Shown here: in pieces, positions 13,501-26,853 of the stretch | How positions within the stretch are numbered: the stretch's first letter is position 1 | Layout: each line of letters begins with the position of its first letter | Assembly: GCA_012026655.1 (NCBI GenBank) | Contig: JAAILG010000017.1 | Coordinates: 1 to 64,000 of the forward strand | Length of the DNA stretch: 64,000 bases | Reading direction: 5' to 3' | DNA from: Hydrolagus affinis | Taxonomy: Eukaryota | Notes under the pieces: model-generated | What the model saw: the letters and a program-made list of their open reading frames with translations, nothing else | Told to the model about the DNA's origin: nothing | The model's database searches: none | Translations under genes and position numbers: made by a program

Positions 13501-14867
13501 TATCACATCTTCAAGGCATCTCAAAGCACGTCTCAAAATATATATTGTAAATAAAAGGACTCTATTTTTGTGGACTGTATATAAAGGCAAGTCATTACTT
13601 TAGGGCAAATTTGGATGCCCTTTTTTAAATGCAATATAGACATTTTTTTCTGGATATTAAAAAGTTCTTTCAAAATACAATTGGTGGCACTGAAACTTTT
13701 GGTCAGAAGAAAGTCTTACCTGTTTGTCTTGAGACAAATTTTTGATGACAGTAGATATGAATCCTTTATGCGATTTCCAAAAATTTGTCTGGTTCCTGCA
13801 AAGTGGATATCCTGCAGAATGGATTGTGAGTGTATTTTGTATCAAAACACCCACAAAATACACTGTCAATCCATTCTACAAGATATCCTTAGAAGTGCAT
13901 TGCGATGTCTCAATGACATGATCAGATGCTAGGTCATATGTAAGTATTATTATTTATTGTTAATAAAAAGTAATTGGATCCACAAAAGGAAAAGGAATAA
14001 TGTGATCGCAAGTGTAAGTTCCCTTTTAGGATCAAATTAACTAACTCTTCACAGAAAACTGAAAGGATGTGGTTTTGGAAAGCAGATTAGAAATTGAATT
14101 GTACTCTCCATAATGAGCAAGTCACCCAAGGCTACCAGAAGCACAAATGTTTCGTTACATTTAGCCTGCAGTGTCTTGTCACTGCACCACATGTTGTAAG
14201 GTGAAACTACTTAAAAGTTAAATGGCTCAGAATGCGCAGCTGCCACCTCGTTGCATTTAGGATTTTTTATTGTAAAAATTTCCATGTTTATTTGGTAAAA
14301 CTTGGCAGTATCAATGCCAAATTCATGCATTTTGCCCACAAAAAGTACAGTATATTCTGTGAAGCTCTTTTGAGAAGTCTCGAAGACGTAATAAGGCATT
14401 AGTGCTAGGTCAAATGCAAGGATTATTATTATTTGTCTTAGTTTTTTTTCCTAATTTCTCATTCATAATAATTGGACTTGAGCAAACGTCACAGGTTAAT
14501 GTGTATCTTGCAGGAAACTGATTGCTGATCAAAAAAGAGGCTCTTTGCTATTATTTGGAATTTAATCCAGCCTCATTCTTTAAACTCCTGAAGTACAAGA
14601 TTCCTTTTGTTTTCTGCAGTTTTGATACAGATTTTGTAAGCGGTTTACTACCCCCACCCTCAAAAATATCAAACCAAGTGATCAGATGCTGTTGGCATTT
14701 TAACTGAATGTCCAATATACACACTCCACAAAGCCTCTCTCAAAGTGTTCCCATCCCTTACCATTCAGGTCCAATACTTTAGTATTCCTTTAAGGTGCTT
14801 TGAGACTTTTTGATGTGATATAAAAATGCGAGTTCTAAAGGGTGGATAACTAGTCATTGATGACCTG

Positions 14868-15037
14868 TTGAAGCACACTTTGAATAGAGAAGTGGATGGT
14901 TATTTGGAGAGTGCGGGTTCCAGGGTTATGGGGAGAGACCTGGGGAGTGGGATGACTTTGAATAGTTGTTTTCAAAGAGATGGCACAGACTCGATGGGCC
15001 GAATGGCCTCCTTTTGTGCTGTAAGATTCTATGACTC
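14868..15037 (+). mobile_element. CR1-clade LINE 3' end
   Basis: NREVDGYL-like ORF2 end followed by gatgggccgaatggcctcct...gtgctgtaagattctatgact. A shorter copy of this terminus is at about 58565-58610; another CR1-like end at about 3730-3840. Confidence 0.75.
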
Positions 15038-17924
15038 TTTACCACATCCTGAATAGTTACAGTGAATTCAGGTAGCAGCAAAGAGCACATTTTGGCATGA
15101 TTCAGAATGCTCGGGGCAGAATAATTAACTGATGCACAAAATCGGAGTCTCTGTTTGTCTTTTTCCCTCCAATCATTCAACAAATGTTTTGAGTAATGTG
15201 GTAAAGTACAGTGTTCTAGTGACTGGATTAGCAGGTGGGTGTCATTCAGCTGTTAATTTAGTGGCTTACAGTACAGCCTGTGGTGACTAGCGTCCTTTGT
15301 GATATGACACAATAAGGTGACTCGTGAGCCAAACTGAAACGCTGCTGATTCTGACTTCTGCTGAAGCTTCCCCCTGAAATACATATTGTGGCATGTTGGT
15401 GACTTGCGTGTTCCTCTCCTGGATGAGAAGGTGTTGCTAACATGTGTGTGTGGTAATATCTAAGCAGTTTGACAGTTATTTTCAAGAATGTAATCACAAT
15501 TGCGCAATGACTTCTACTCGTCAAATCTTTGATCCCTATACGTGTAGATGCTCATTGCTTCCCCTAAAGCACAGTGCAGATTTGCACAAGACCTTGTGTC
15601 ACTGGAATCTTCCAGGAAGCTCTCGATTGTATATTGCATTACTATATTTTTAAACACTGTGGACAGATACCATGGCAGCATGTTGGGGCAGAGGTGAGTT
15701 GAGTTGAGCGTGATACTTTGCAGAACTAAAGCCCCTTTTATACGCCTAATCATATGTAGCCGCAAACAATTTAAATCCAATTCTTTGTGATGACGATTTG
15801 TTTTTTTCATTTAAAAAAAAGGTCGACTGGGAGTTTGAATCATTCGATCGAACTATATTCTTGAGAAATATTTTTCAAAAGCTAATGAAACCTGAACCGA
15901 TTCTCCTGCTGTGGTTCCTAGTTCATCTTCTACACTCATATGCAAACTCCTTTGGTTTTTGAAAGGATGCATGTCCATTTCTTACGTTCATTTCTATCTT
16001 TTTTTCTGTGTGTATGTATTTGACCAAAGAAACGTGGGCTAATCGTTTAAGTTGTAAAATAACACTTGTCTACCCCTTGGCTGTGTTCTGCCAATGTAGC
16101 AATCTCTTCAGATTGCCAGCCACCTGCAACACACACATTGCTGACTAGCCACTAGCGGTGAGAGAGAGAGAGGCCTGCACTTCGCTGATGGTCTGAGCCT
16201 TTCTTCTTCCCTCCATTAAGGCACAAGCAGCAGTGACCTTCCAGAGGCACTTACCATACTAGCAGCTTCAAGACATTGGCTTGAGCAGAGTAGTGCTCTA
16301 CGGGAACAACTCCTCAAGAGCCAAGTTGGTGATCTTGCTCGTGAACGTGCCTCTTGATGCCTTCCTACACACAACAATCCCCAGAAACTATCCCAACGCC
16401 ACCTATGCAGTGTTCGACTGTCGGGTCAGTTTGTACCTTACAAGATACTGTACCGCTACATACTAAGGACATGGTGCTGTTCAAGGCAATACTTCTAGGC
16501 TTCTAAACCTTTTGAATGTGTCCCCTATTAATCCCAGCAACAGATTTTGCTTTTGCTCCAGTGCAAGCTTCCAGAAAAATAACAAAATATCTCCATTATC
16601 TTCTTGAGAAATATTTTCTTGGAGAAGAAAATAATTAACTTTATCGGAGCTGATTGATAACCACAGACTATCTTATAATGAAGGCTTGCTATAGAAAGGT
16701 TAGCAAAAAAAACCTTGAGCATGCTATGCTTGTTTTACCTTGTTTTACAATCTCTGCGTAGGATTTAAAATTCCTATTTGCATGCCTGAAGGCATGCATA
16801 CTTCGCGGAGACATGAAACTTGCCCTTGGGGTATGTATAGAATTGGTGGGGAAAGAAAGAGAGAGATCTACAGTTTGAACGGGGAAAAGAATGAAGGAGA
16901 TGATCGTGATATAGTACTTTGAACGTGCTTTCCAAAAAATGCTACAGAAATAATTATCACAATTTGTACATTTTGTTTAGTTTTTTTTACTTGCTGTCAT
17001 GCCTTTCACGTGTCGCGCTTTTCAAGTCAGGAGGACCTCTCAAAGTGCCTCCCAGTGCATACTGTTTATGGATTGTGTATTTGTAGGGGAATGTGGCAGC
17101 TCATTTGCACTTAGCAATGTTTTGGGAAATGGTGGGGGCAAGAGCGGGTAATGTACAGATAGGGTGCTGCACTCGATCGTATGCTATAAGGAAAGGGAGG
17201 GGGTGGGGGATAGGGAATGCTAGTTTTGTTGAACTGACGAGGAAATTAGGCTTAATGTCCAGTTCCTTTTAAATATGGACGCATTGTTAAAGGCTTGATG
17301 CTTCCCCGCAGTTATGGCGGTTGTGGGCAGGAGGCAATGTGCTGGTTTGGCTTCAGAAACCTAAGGGGTTACTTTGGTGATGGTATGGTTCAGTCAGATG
17401 ATGAAGGGCATCAGAAGGTCACAGAAGTACATCCATCAATAAGTTGGAAACATTTCCAAACTGATCTCCAGCTTTACGTTGGCCATGTGTTTGAATTGAC
17501 GGGGTTTGGGGGGAATGGTTTGGAAACTCTTAAGAACTTTCTGTGTGTGTTGGACACCCAGATGACCCCCCAAGTAAGTTGAAGGCTTTAAGCAGCAATA
17601 AAGCTTAACCAATGAGTGTAGAGCTCCCTCTACAGTAAAAGGAAGTACTGTACAGAACTCCAGTAATATCACTTTACAAGTTGCCTTGAGCTGGGACTGG
17701 AAAGTGGGAGAGAGACCGAGCGGGGTTGGAAAGGGGGTACAAAATAGTGCTTTTTGGGTGAAACATTCATTTGCAGTTCACTTCTTTTGCAACTTTTGAC
17801 ATTGACATAAAAGCTACGTCTTGCTACTATTCCCGAGACATTGCAGCTGTCACTCAGTACAGCCCTGAGCAGTCTTGAGTGGCAGGATTGGACACAGAGC
17901 AAGGGCGGAGGGGACCATTGGCGA

Positions 17925-18030
17925 CAAGTCATAGGGTGGGATTTTAAAGCTAGATAAAGAGGTGGAGGAACTGAGGCAGGGAGTTAGGAGGAGCATGGTG
18001 GCTGAAGTCACGGCGATCAACAGTGGCATA
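17925..18030 (-). mobile_element. Degraded L2 ORF2 3' fragment
   Basis: Reverse complement ccactgttgatcgccgtgacttcagccaccatgctcct...aactccctgcct...agctttaaa resembles the G-R-AFS..AP..WNSLP...SFK end of L2 ORF2. Confidence 0.55.
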
Positions 18031-20081
18031 GAGGGGTTGGGTGGGGGAAGGGGGAGATTGAGTAGCAGACTGTAGCTCTACCTTTTTGAAGTGTGGTCTA
18101 GGAACTGGAAGTTACAAAGATTATAACTCTTTTTAAACGTCGCACCAAATATCTCATTAGTGTTTCTCAATGTTAACTTTTTTTCCCCGCAAGTAGGATT
18201 TGTGGGATTTGTATGAAGTGTGTGTGTGTGTGTCGAGGGGTGGGTGGGAGGAGGTTAAGGGCCACTGTTAATTCTCCCGTTCCAGAGTGTTTTAAATGCA
18301 CATGTGTGTTTAGCAATATTTAGTGTTGCTGACAATACCTTCAGGCATTTCCTAATGGACTTAACTGGCAGTAATTAAACTGAGCTGTTTGTCATTTACT
18401 TCTTTTTTTAAAAAAGAGTTTCTTTCATTGAAGGCACAAAGTCTTCATTGCGTACCACTCGAAGCATGTGATTAAAGTTCGAAACAGCCACCGCTTGTAA
18501 AACCTTTTGATTTAATTGTGAAATCCTTTTCACGATTAAATACATTTAGGAATTTGTAACTAATAAAAACTGATTTAGACATTGTAAATTGTTTTCCAGT
18601 GAATATGTTCGATTGTGTATGCATTTTAAGCAGTCAGCGAACAGTCAGTGGTTAGGTTAAGTTGTTGCTTCTTGCCATGGCATGGAATTGCACAGACGCA
18701 AAAGATCCTAGGGTTTGCCCGCATTTTGTGTAGTTGGATGATCTTAGCTGGGATGAAGGGGAATTTCAGTTAGTTTTAGAGGGTCTAGATTAAAGTCCAC
18801 AATCGCTTAGCTGGTGTTTTGACAGTACCACACTTGCTATAATTGACCTCATTGGCTTGAGTCGGTGAAGTTCAAATCAGCCACACTTACTGCTGCTGAT
18901 CACTGTCCAGTGGAGCCTTGCTCGAAGGAAGATTTGTGGGTGGTTGGACGAACAGAACGGGTTTGACCGTAACACGCTGCCTGCTGAGACGCATGTGAAA
19001 TTACCGGTATTCCCAGCATTAGTTGGCACCTTGGAGAGAGAAAGCTTTTTTTTTAGCACTGGAATAGCACTTGGCACTGGAATGTGCTGTTGTGCTTCCT
19101 GCGTAACAAGCATGTACGTGTGTGGTGCTGCAGACTGGTATTTGATGCCTCGTTTATAGTGGCAGATGGCAGCTGAAATGCTTAAAATAACATTGGGTTT
19201 ATTGCAAACTTTAAGTGCAGAGTTCCTGTCCTTACAATTCTGGTGGGTTCCAAGCTCTCAATTAACAGTTACAAAAACCCAACTTGCCATTTGATATAGT
19301 TTCACTGCTATTTCCTCAGCATTCTCTGCTTGTATTTTTAATCTGGCTGCGGCAATAGGGAAGCAGTTTGCTTCAGCCTGGACTTCCAAAGCTACCGTAG
19401 ATAACCACAAGGCAATTAAATCCACACCGTTTGCTGGGATGTGGTTGGAACTGCTCAAATTTTTGGCAGTGTCTCTGGGCTAGTCAGTTGGCTAGGGTCC
19501 TGTTAACTGTTGTTAGACAGGGACCTAGAAAAGAGATGCATTGGGATCTTCTGTAGTCAAGTGTGATCACTCAGTATCCAGAGAGGGTCTGTGGAATGCT
19601 ACTTGCTGCCCAAATCCCTGTAGATCCAGTGCCTTGGGATGTCCTCCTGATGTGAAAGGTGCTATACAAATGGTAATATTGTCCTCCCGACATGAAAAGC
19701 GCTATAAATGTAATTTTATTGTTTTTTTGTTGTACTCCCATCACACTGTGACTTAGGAGGGGTGAGGAGAAAGCTAGCAGTTTGAGAATGATGGTTGCGG
19801 ACTATGCTTCAGTTTAACTTCCTCGCCCGTTTAAAACCTGTGCTCCTCCCCACCTCTGCGACGTTAACACCATCCCATCTTGTCAGTAATGAAGCGCAGT
19901 GATATGATTGCTAATTCATACCAGCTCTGTGTCTGGCAGGGGTGCCTTGCAGGAGGGAACCACACGAGGGAGTGACGAGATTTGTGCAGTAATTTGTTGG
20001 AAGTTATTTGTGCAAGCAGGCACGCTGAGAGTTCTTTAAACAAGCGGATAACTTTTCGTTTTCCTGTTTTCGCTTCATTAG

Positions 20082-22730
20082 GAGGTTCTCGAGAATGCCA
20101 GGATGATGGAGATCATGAAGTAATCGCCAAGAAATGTCGAACCGAAGACACCAATGTCTGTAAGAAATGCTGTGCCGAGTTCTTCGACCTGTCCAAGTTC
20201 CTCGAGCACAGGAAAAATTGCACTAAAAACCCACCTGTTTTGATTATGAACGAAGGCGAGAGAGGAATGCCTCCGAAAGACTCCCCAGACTCCTGTCCGG
20301 AAACCTTTGCCAGCAACCCGATGGAAGGTCAGGCCTCGATCGATCAGTCCAAGAGCAGCGGTAGCTCTGAGGGGAGGATGGACGAAGAGAGCGAACCTGC
20401 TGAGATGGATACTGATCAAAACGGCATAGAATCTCAGAATGCATGTGCCTCAAATGCTGCTGCTGCCGCCGCCGGTTTACATCAGGCCTCTGACCCGAGC
20501 ACCGCGCCCCAGTCCAAAATCCCCAACACTAACGTCACATTAGAGACCATTCAGAACACTAGCGTGGCAGTGACTCAGCACGTGCCCGACCACGCGCCTT
20601 CCAACAATTCCAACGCGGCCGGCAACGTCAACGTCATTCCCATTCTCCTTGAGCAACTGGTCTGCTTGCAGCAGCAACAGCTGCAGCAGATCCAGCTCAC
20701 TGAACAAATCCGCATCCAAGTAGCCATGATGGCGCCTCACTCCCTGCACCCCTCTATTGTGGCCGCCGCGGATCCGCTCAAAGCCCTGGGCACCCACCTG
20801 TCGCAACAGCTTTCTGCCGCCGCTGCTTTAATTGGGCAGAAAGTCGGGAACCAAAGCTTTACCCTGGAAGGGTTCAAACCCGTTCAACTACCTCGTTCTT
20901 CAGTTGGCGCCGTCCCGACGCCTTTCGTCAAAGGTTTGCACCTCTCCGACTCGGGCTCTCCGCAGACTGTCGGCACACTGTCCTCGCTGAGCTCCAAACC
21001 CGACCTCGCCTCCCGCTCCGAAGCGGGGCTGAAACCCGGCGCGGCCATCCGGTTCCCGAACCCGCTGCTACCTCAGTCGCCGAACGCCGCGTCGTTCCAC
21101 AACTCGCTGTCGGGGCTGTCGGCAGCGTCCGCCGCCCGCAACCAGAAAGGTAAGCCCCCCAATGTCGCCGTGTTCGAGACCAAGTCAAGTTCCGAGGAGT
21201 CCTTTTTCAAACACAAGTGCAAGTTTTGCGGCAAGGTGTTTGGCAACGACAGCGCTCTGCAGATTCATATCCGCTCGCACACTGGGGAAAGGCCGTATAA
21301 GTGCAACATCTGTGGCAACCGCTTCACCACCAAAGGAAATCTGAAGGTCCACTTCCAGCGCCACAAGGAGAAGTACCCTCACATCCGGATGAACCCCTAT
21401 CCCGTCCCCGAACACCTGGACAATGTTCCCACCAGCAGCGGCATTCCCTACGGCATGTCCATTCCGCCCGAGAGTTCGTCCAGCTGGGTGGACACCAAAC
21501 CCGTCTTGCAAACGTTGTCGAATTCCATTGGGTTGAACCTGCCCGGCGGTTTTGAGGAAACGGCCGACAAAGCGCCCGTCGGTGACTTTCTGCAACGGCA
21601 GTCACCGACGGTTAGTGAATCTGCCTCCATGTCATCCAACATCAGTAACTACGAGGCTAGCCTGGAAGTCCAGCCCAGCAAGCCCGCCTCTGAAAACGGC
21701 AACGCCCTCAATCTGGCCTCGTCTATGTCCGAATCGCTGAAGGCCAAGCCATCGTTTGGTAACGTGTTCGATGAGAATGGCCAAGCTTCCGAGACCTCCA
21801 AGTTGCAGCAGTTGGTGGAGAACATAGACAAAATGACGAACGACCCAAACGAATGTGCCGTGTGCCACCGCATACTGAGCTGCCAGAGCTCGCTCAAAAT
21901 GCATTACCGTACCCACACCGGGGAAAGGCCTTTCAAATGTAAAATCTGTGGCAGGGCTTTCTCCACCAAAGGCAACCTCAAGACGCACTATGGGGTTCAC
22001 AGGGCAAAGCCACCTTTGCGAGTGCAACATTCGTGCCCCATCTGCCACAAGCGCTTCACCAACGCCGTGGTCCTTCAGCAACATATTCGAATGCACATGG
22101 GAGGGCAGATCTCCAACACGCCTGTACCCGAGGGCTATTACGATAGCTCTGACCCAGAGCCTCCGCTGCTTGACGAAAATTTCGATTTCGACAGCAGTTT
22201 CACTGACGAAAACATGGATGAATCGGAGTTGGAGGGCGACAAGGGTACAAAGGTGCCTCCGGCTGAGGATTCCAAACCAGTTTTGCCTTATAGTGACTTG
22301 CCATCCAACTCCCCTTTGTTGGTCTTCTCGAGTATTGCTGCTTTAGAGAGTCAGATGAAAATGATCAACTCGGATGTGGATTTGCAACGAAAGTCCAGTC
22401 TGAAATCCAGCGAGAACGGATCTCCACAAAGTGAAGTTATGATGAATGATTCCTTCTCGGCCGCTGGGGATCAGGAGTATCCGAATGCACGAAGCCCAAG
22501 TGCCTCTGATTCTGCTATGGTCCTCGCTTCATCTCCTGTTAACTACAATGACAAACACCAGTCCAAGTTGCCGGGATTCCTCGCCATCTGTGAAGCTACC
22601 GGAACCAACCCCGAACCCGCTGAGACCTCTGATGCGGCAAATGACGGGGCACTGGATTTAACCTCTGGCAATATCTATCGCAAAGTTAAGGAAGAAGCAC
22701 CTAGCGTTCCATTTACAAATGGGGACTGCA
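20082..22730 (+). CDS. SALL4: SALL4 exon 2 (large exon: C2HC finger, Q-rich multimerisation helix, zinc-finger clusters 1 and 2)
   Basis: Lies in ORF 19982-22738. Acceptor ttcattAG ends 20081 (phase 1); donor GTAAGT at 22731 (phase 1). Encodes [36 protein letters not shown], two fingers ending in SAL-box [10 protein letters not shown] and a triple finger (CAVC/CKIC/CPIC). Confidence 0.95.
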
Positions 22731-25273
22731 GTAAGTAACAAATCGCAGCCACTGCAACTTAAGTCCTTCCTGGCAGATCACATCAACAGGAGATTGATTC
22801 CATTTGAATGGTCCATTGTGGTCTCCAGAGTTATGCTCTTGTTTAGAACGGGCCCAGAAGTGGTGGTACACTTTTTTGGGGGAATTTAGGATTTCTTTAC
22901 CTGAAAAATAAAATGGATCCAGGTTTTAAGGGATGATGGGCCTGGTACGAAGCTAGAAAGACGATCATACTTTTGAGCTTGGATTAGATAAATGAATAAT
23001 TGCAACCTAAAATGTGAATCACTTCTGTAATGCTGCAAATGTAGAATTTATGTCCAGCAGTGAATCCCATTTCCTACGTTGCCTTGGTTTACTCTCCCGA
23101 GTAGGAATTTGTTGGCTGTTTTCAAGTTGTGATTACCTTAGTCCTTGTTCTCCATCCCGATTCTCAGTGGATTGGGCTTACTTTCAAGGAAAAGGAAGCC
23201 AGTGTTGAGAAACGGGCCACTTTTCCTAATTGGCACTCCCTGTGCCCCATCAAGCACCCCCAGCCTGCTCCAGCAGAGATGGCAGCAGAGATGGAAAGTC
23301 CGGAGTAAACCTTGTTCTGCCCCATGAGTCCTCCTCACTGCTGTGAATTTCTCGTGAGCTACTGAATACTAAACAAATACGGGATGTCCAGTGGTCAAAT
23401 GGGTTAGGTGTCCACCTGTTAAGTAGTGTTTTCAGGCTGGTAGAGAATGTCGTGCCATCTGTCTAGGCTGGATTTAAACCAAGCTCCCAACGATGAATGC
23501 TGCTCTCTTATTACATTGCAGTGTTTTGTGAACAATGAGCTCAAGTGGTATTTAAATGAGCCAAGTGAATTTATTCTGCCTTTGTGACATTGGTAACGCA
23601 CCTGGGTGTATTTCTGCTCTGTCACAGCGAGATGACAAGAGTTCAGTTGGGTGGGAGGGGTGGGTAATAGAAACTGAACACAATTAGTTGGTACAGACAT
23701 ATTTCACCTGGAATAGTCAGATGTGTCTCTCACATAATGTAAGTTTATTTTTGTGTGAAATTCAAGGTGTCCAGAATTGTGAAAATTCTTTTATTCTGAT
23801 TTAATTTTGAAGCTGATTTTCCACGGTTCTTAAATCCAAATAAAGAATTTAAGCATTTTCCACAATTCCTGCGCAGTCTCAAATTTTCAACACAAAAATT
23901 ATCTTACAAACTTTAAGGTGAGGTGGAATTTCAGGCCAATTGTGGTCATTCAAACAGATTTTCAGTTTCCTGACCGGCGAAGGCAAATGAATGACGTGAC
24001 AAATCAACATACTATCTGATGAAACTGCAAATGAAATGAGCGGCGATGCAGAAATTTTCTTTGTTTCTTCTTCTCTTCTGCTCCCAAAAGGAAACACTGC
24101 ATATCTACTGCAGCTCACACCAGCTAACGTTGCACAGCCATCGCTTTTGCTCTTGCTTTCAGCCTGCATTTTCTCACTGCGCTCACCACAGACTACCAGA
24201 TTGCCATTACCGTGCAGATATCTTGCAGTTGCACAATCCCAGCAGTGATCTGTATTCTGACCAGTTAAAACACCTCCACCAGAAAGTAGCACTTGTGTAA
24301 GACCTATAATTATTATTATATTTGAAGTGACTTGTGGAGCAATGCTGGCTTTTGATAGATTTGTGAGAGAAGATTGCTCAGGGTTTCCATACTAGCCTTG
24401 TATTATTCCCATTGTGTGTCCTCTGGGTAATGCTGTAGAAATGTGCTCTCTCTGGGCCAGAGAGGTCTGCGGATCTCTGAGTCGTGTTCAAGTTAGTTGT
24501 CTTTTCTCGTGAGGCTATCAATAGATGTGGAAGCAGCAAGTGTTATAAGAAGTACAAAATAAACTTCAAACAGTTTAGTTCTATGTTGAAGAAGTCGTAG
24601 CAGTTCTTTTGACCCTGGGGCCTGGGTTCACGTTCAGTGAAGGACTTTAGTTCTGGAATGAGAGTCAGATCTGGAATATGTTTAAGTAAATTTAGCTTAT
24701 TGGTTCTACTGCAGCTTGATAAGCAATATTTGACCGTCTCACTTAAAAGTTTATAAGGTGGCTGTTATGAGACATGGAAAACTCCCACTATTGCAGTTGG
24801 GGCTTTTCTGAGACAGGGTTCAAATTTGTGGTTGGACAGAATAGCGAGATTTATGGTTTGCTGGTTCCCAATGCTTGGTGAGATATGGTGATAGGATTGT
24901 ATGTGTTCCATTGCCTGTTACTTGCGTTGATCAAGAAAAGATCCATTTACAGGCAGGGCATTGTTCTGTAAGGGCATTGAGCATAATGACTTACAATTTT
25001 TCTCAATGTAGATTGCATTTGCAATTGCTCGTGTTGATAAAAAGGAAACGATTGAAAAAAAGTGGTGGTCCTTTATTGTCTAGCCTGTTGCTTTTAAGGT
25101 ACATTTAAAGGCATCTGGGGACAGATTGCACAGAGCAGACAGTAAACCTGTTGCATTCAGTGGCTGAATTAGTGACATTTGGTAGAGCGAACAAGAACCC
25201 ATTATTAAAAAAAAAGGGGGTCCCTTGAGTGGCCCATGGTAGACTAAACAGTCAAACTGTTGTATGTTTTCAG

Positions 25274-25587
25274 GTGCTGTCCAAGTTCCTGCAGGTTCCT
25301 TTGCCAGGATTCCTCCCGCTCTGATTAAAGTGGAAGCGAGTGGCCATGGAGAACGTCCAGTAAGCACCACTGCACAATTTCTTTCCCCGTCAAGCGTGGC
25401 TCCAATCTTGCCACCCATTTTGGCACCTCCACCCCGCCGCACACCTAAACAACACAACTGCCCTACCTGTGGAAAGTCCTTCTCCTCCGCGAGTGCTCTG
25501 CAGATTCATGAACGCACGCACTCTGGTGAAAAGCCATTTGCGTGCACCATCTGTGGAAGAGCTTTTACAACCAAAGGAAACCTCAAG
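25274..25587 (+). CDS. SALL4: SALL4 exon 3 (zinc-finger cluster 4, first finger and start of second)
   Basis: tttttCAG acceptor ends 25273, phase 1 matching exon 2. Encodes [53 protein letters not shown]; donor GTAACT at 25588. Confidence 0.95.
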
Positions 25588-25784
25588 GTAACTGGTTCAG
25601 ATTGAGAAAATACTACAGTTGTGTACTGGTCTAAAGTGCTTTTGTTTTTTTTTAAAAAAGCAAATGATGGATAGCTCCAATAAGACTAGCCTGCAATTGA
25701 ACTGGACACATTTTTTTTTATTAACCTTTATTGCGTAAAGCGCCTGAAGTAGCTTCTCTGTTAGCTCTGGTTGCCTTGTAGGAT

Positions 25785-26110
25785 ACTAAGTTGAACTGGC
25801 GCGAAGCTCCCAGCTCTAATTCTTGGTCTGTGCTCATTTAGCTGATCTCAGTAGGGTTATCTGCAACTGTGACTTCCATGTCCCAGGCGATAGAGAGAGG
25901 AAGAGAAGGAAGGGCTAATGGAGCCAGGGTGATCATGATCAATATCCAGTAATTCCTGAAATTACTCTTGCGTTGTGCTTGAAGATTTTCTTTCTCTTAT
26001 TTCTCCCTCTGCCTCTCTCCTTCTCTCGCCCATCGCATATATACACCTAGACATTTAAACACACTGTGCTAGCTCTCATGCAAATAATGATCATTGTGTG
26101 GAAGCACTAT
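25785..26110 (+). mobile_element. Ancient SINE relic (AmnSINE2-like) in SALL4 intron 3
   Basis: ggtctgtgctcatttagctgatctcag...agccagggt...tatccagt...cactgtgctagctctcatgca. Related pieces near 34070+, 36370-, 40985+, 45160+, 53540-, 55730+. Family name is from a recalled consensus. Confidence 0.55.
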
Positions 26111-26853
26111 CCTAGCCTGGGGAGCTCTATCCGAGGATACAGTTTGCATCTTGGGGGTAAGGGTAGGGAGGGGGAGTGGGTATTTTCCTCTGCACAATTT
26201 ATGATCTCAAAGGCAGAAATGATTACCCAATAATGCCTGTATTTGTACTCTCCAGTCTGTGTGTTGAGAGTTTTAAAGGGCCTATTGACTGTGAGGGGTT
26301 CCTTGCTTTGTAAACTACTGCAAGTTGCAGTAAGCGGAGGCAGTTGGCGATGTAAGTGCTGGAAGAAATACTCTTGTGTGGTCCGTGTTTAAGGAATTTG
26401 TTTGGGAATTGGAAGGGTGTATTTCATTGGAAACTGTTGAACTGCATTGTGTGGTAGTGCACGTCAAAGCTGGTTCAATCTTGTTAATATCTGTGGAGCC
26501 TGACTGTGCTCAAACAGCATTGCCATCCTGCAGATGAACTTGGTCACAGTGAGAGGAACACCCAATGTACCTAGAGGTGAGGGAGGGGAATAGTTTTACC
26601 CGTTTGCCCTCTGGGAGTCAACAGCATAACTCTGTTCACATTGCTGTACACTACTTCACTGCAGTATAAGTGTGCCAACTTCTAAGTGTATTTGTTCAGG
26701 GAATGCTTGCAGCTGACAATCTGAATATGTAGTAATTCTCTCTCGAGTTGTTGTCTCCGACTTCGCTTGAACTCGCTGATCATGAAAGCCTCTACGACAA
26801 TAATGCTAATAATATATATATTTGAAAAAAAACTATTTTGCTTTGTATTGTAG

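Larger units (their letters stand above)
1..20081 (+). other. SALL4: Probable SALL4 intron 1 (exon 1 upstream of window)
   Basis: No MSRRKQxKP-encoding first exon seen by eye. Region is AT-rich, contains repeats and lacks credible coding exons. Confidence 0.65.

Noticed and set aside
19982-20081. N-terminal extension of the 918-aa ORF as the SALL4 start
   Set aside because: It starts at TTG, lacks the MSRRKQ NuRD-binding motif and overlaps a clear polypyrimidine tract and AG acceptor, so it is intronic.
20078-22346. Several overlapping antisense and alternate-frame ORFs within SALL4 exon 2
   Set aside because: Expected shadows of a GC-rich coding exon; no recognisable domains.
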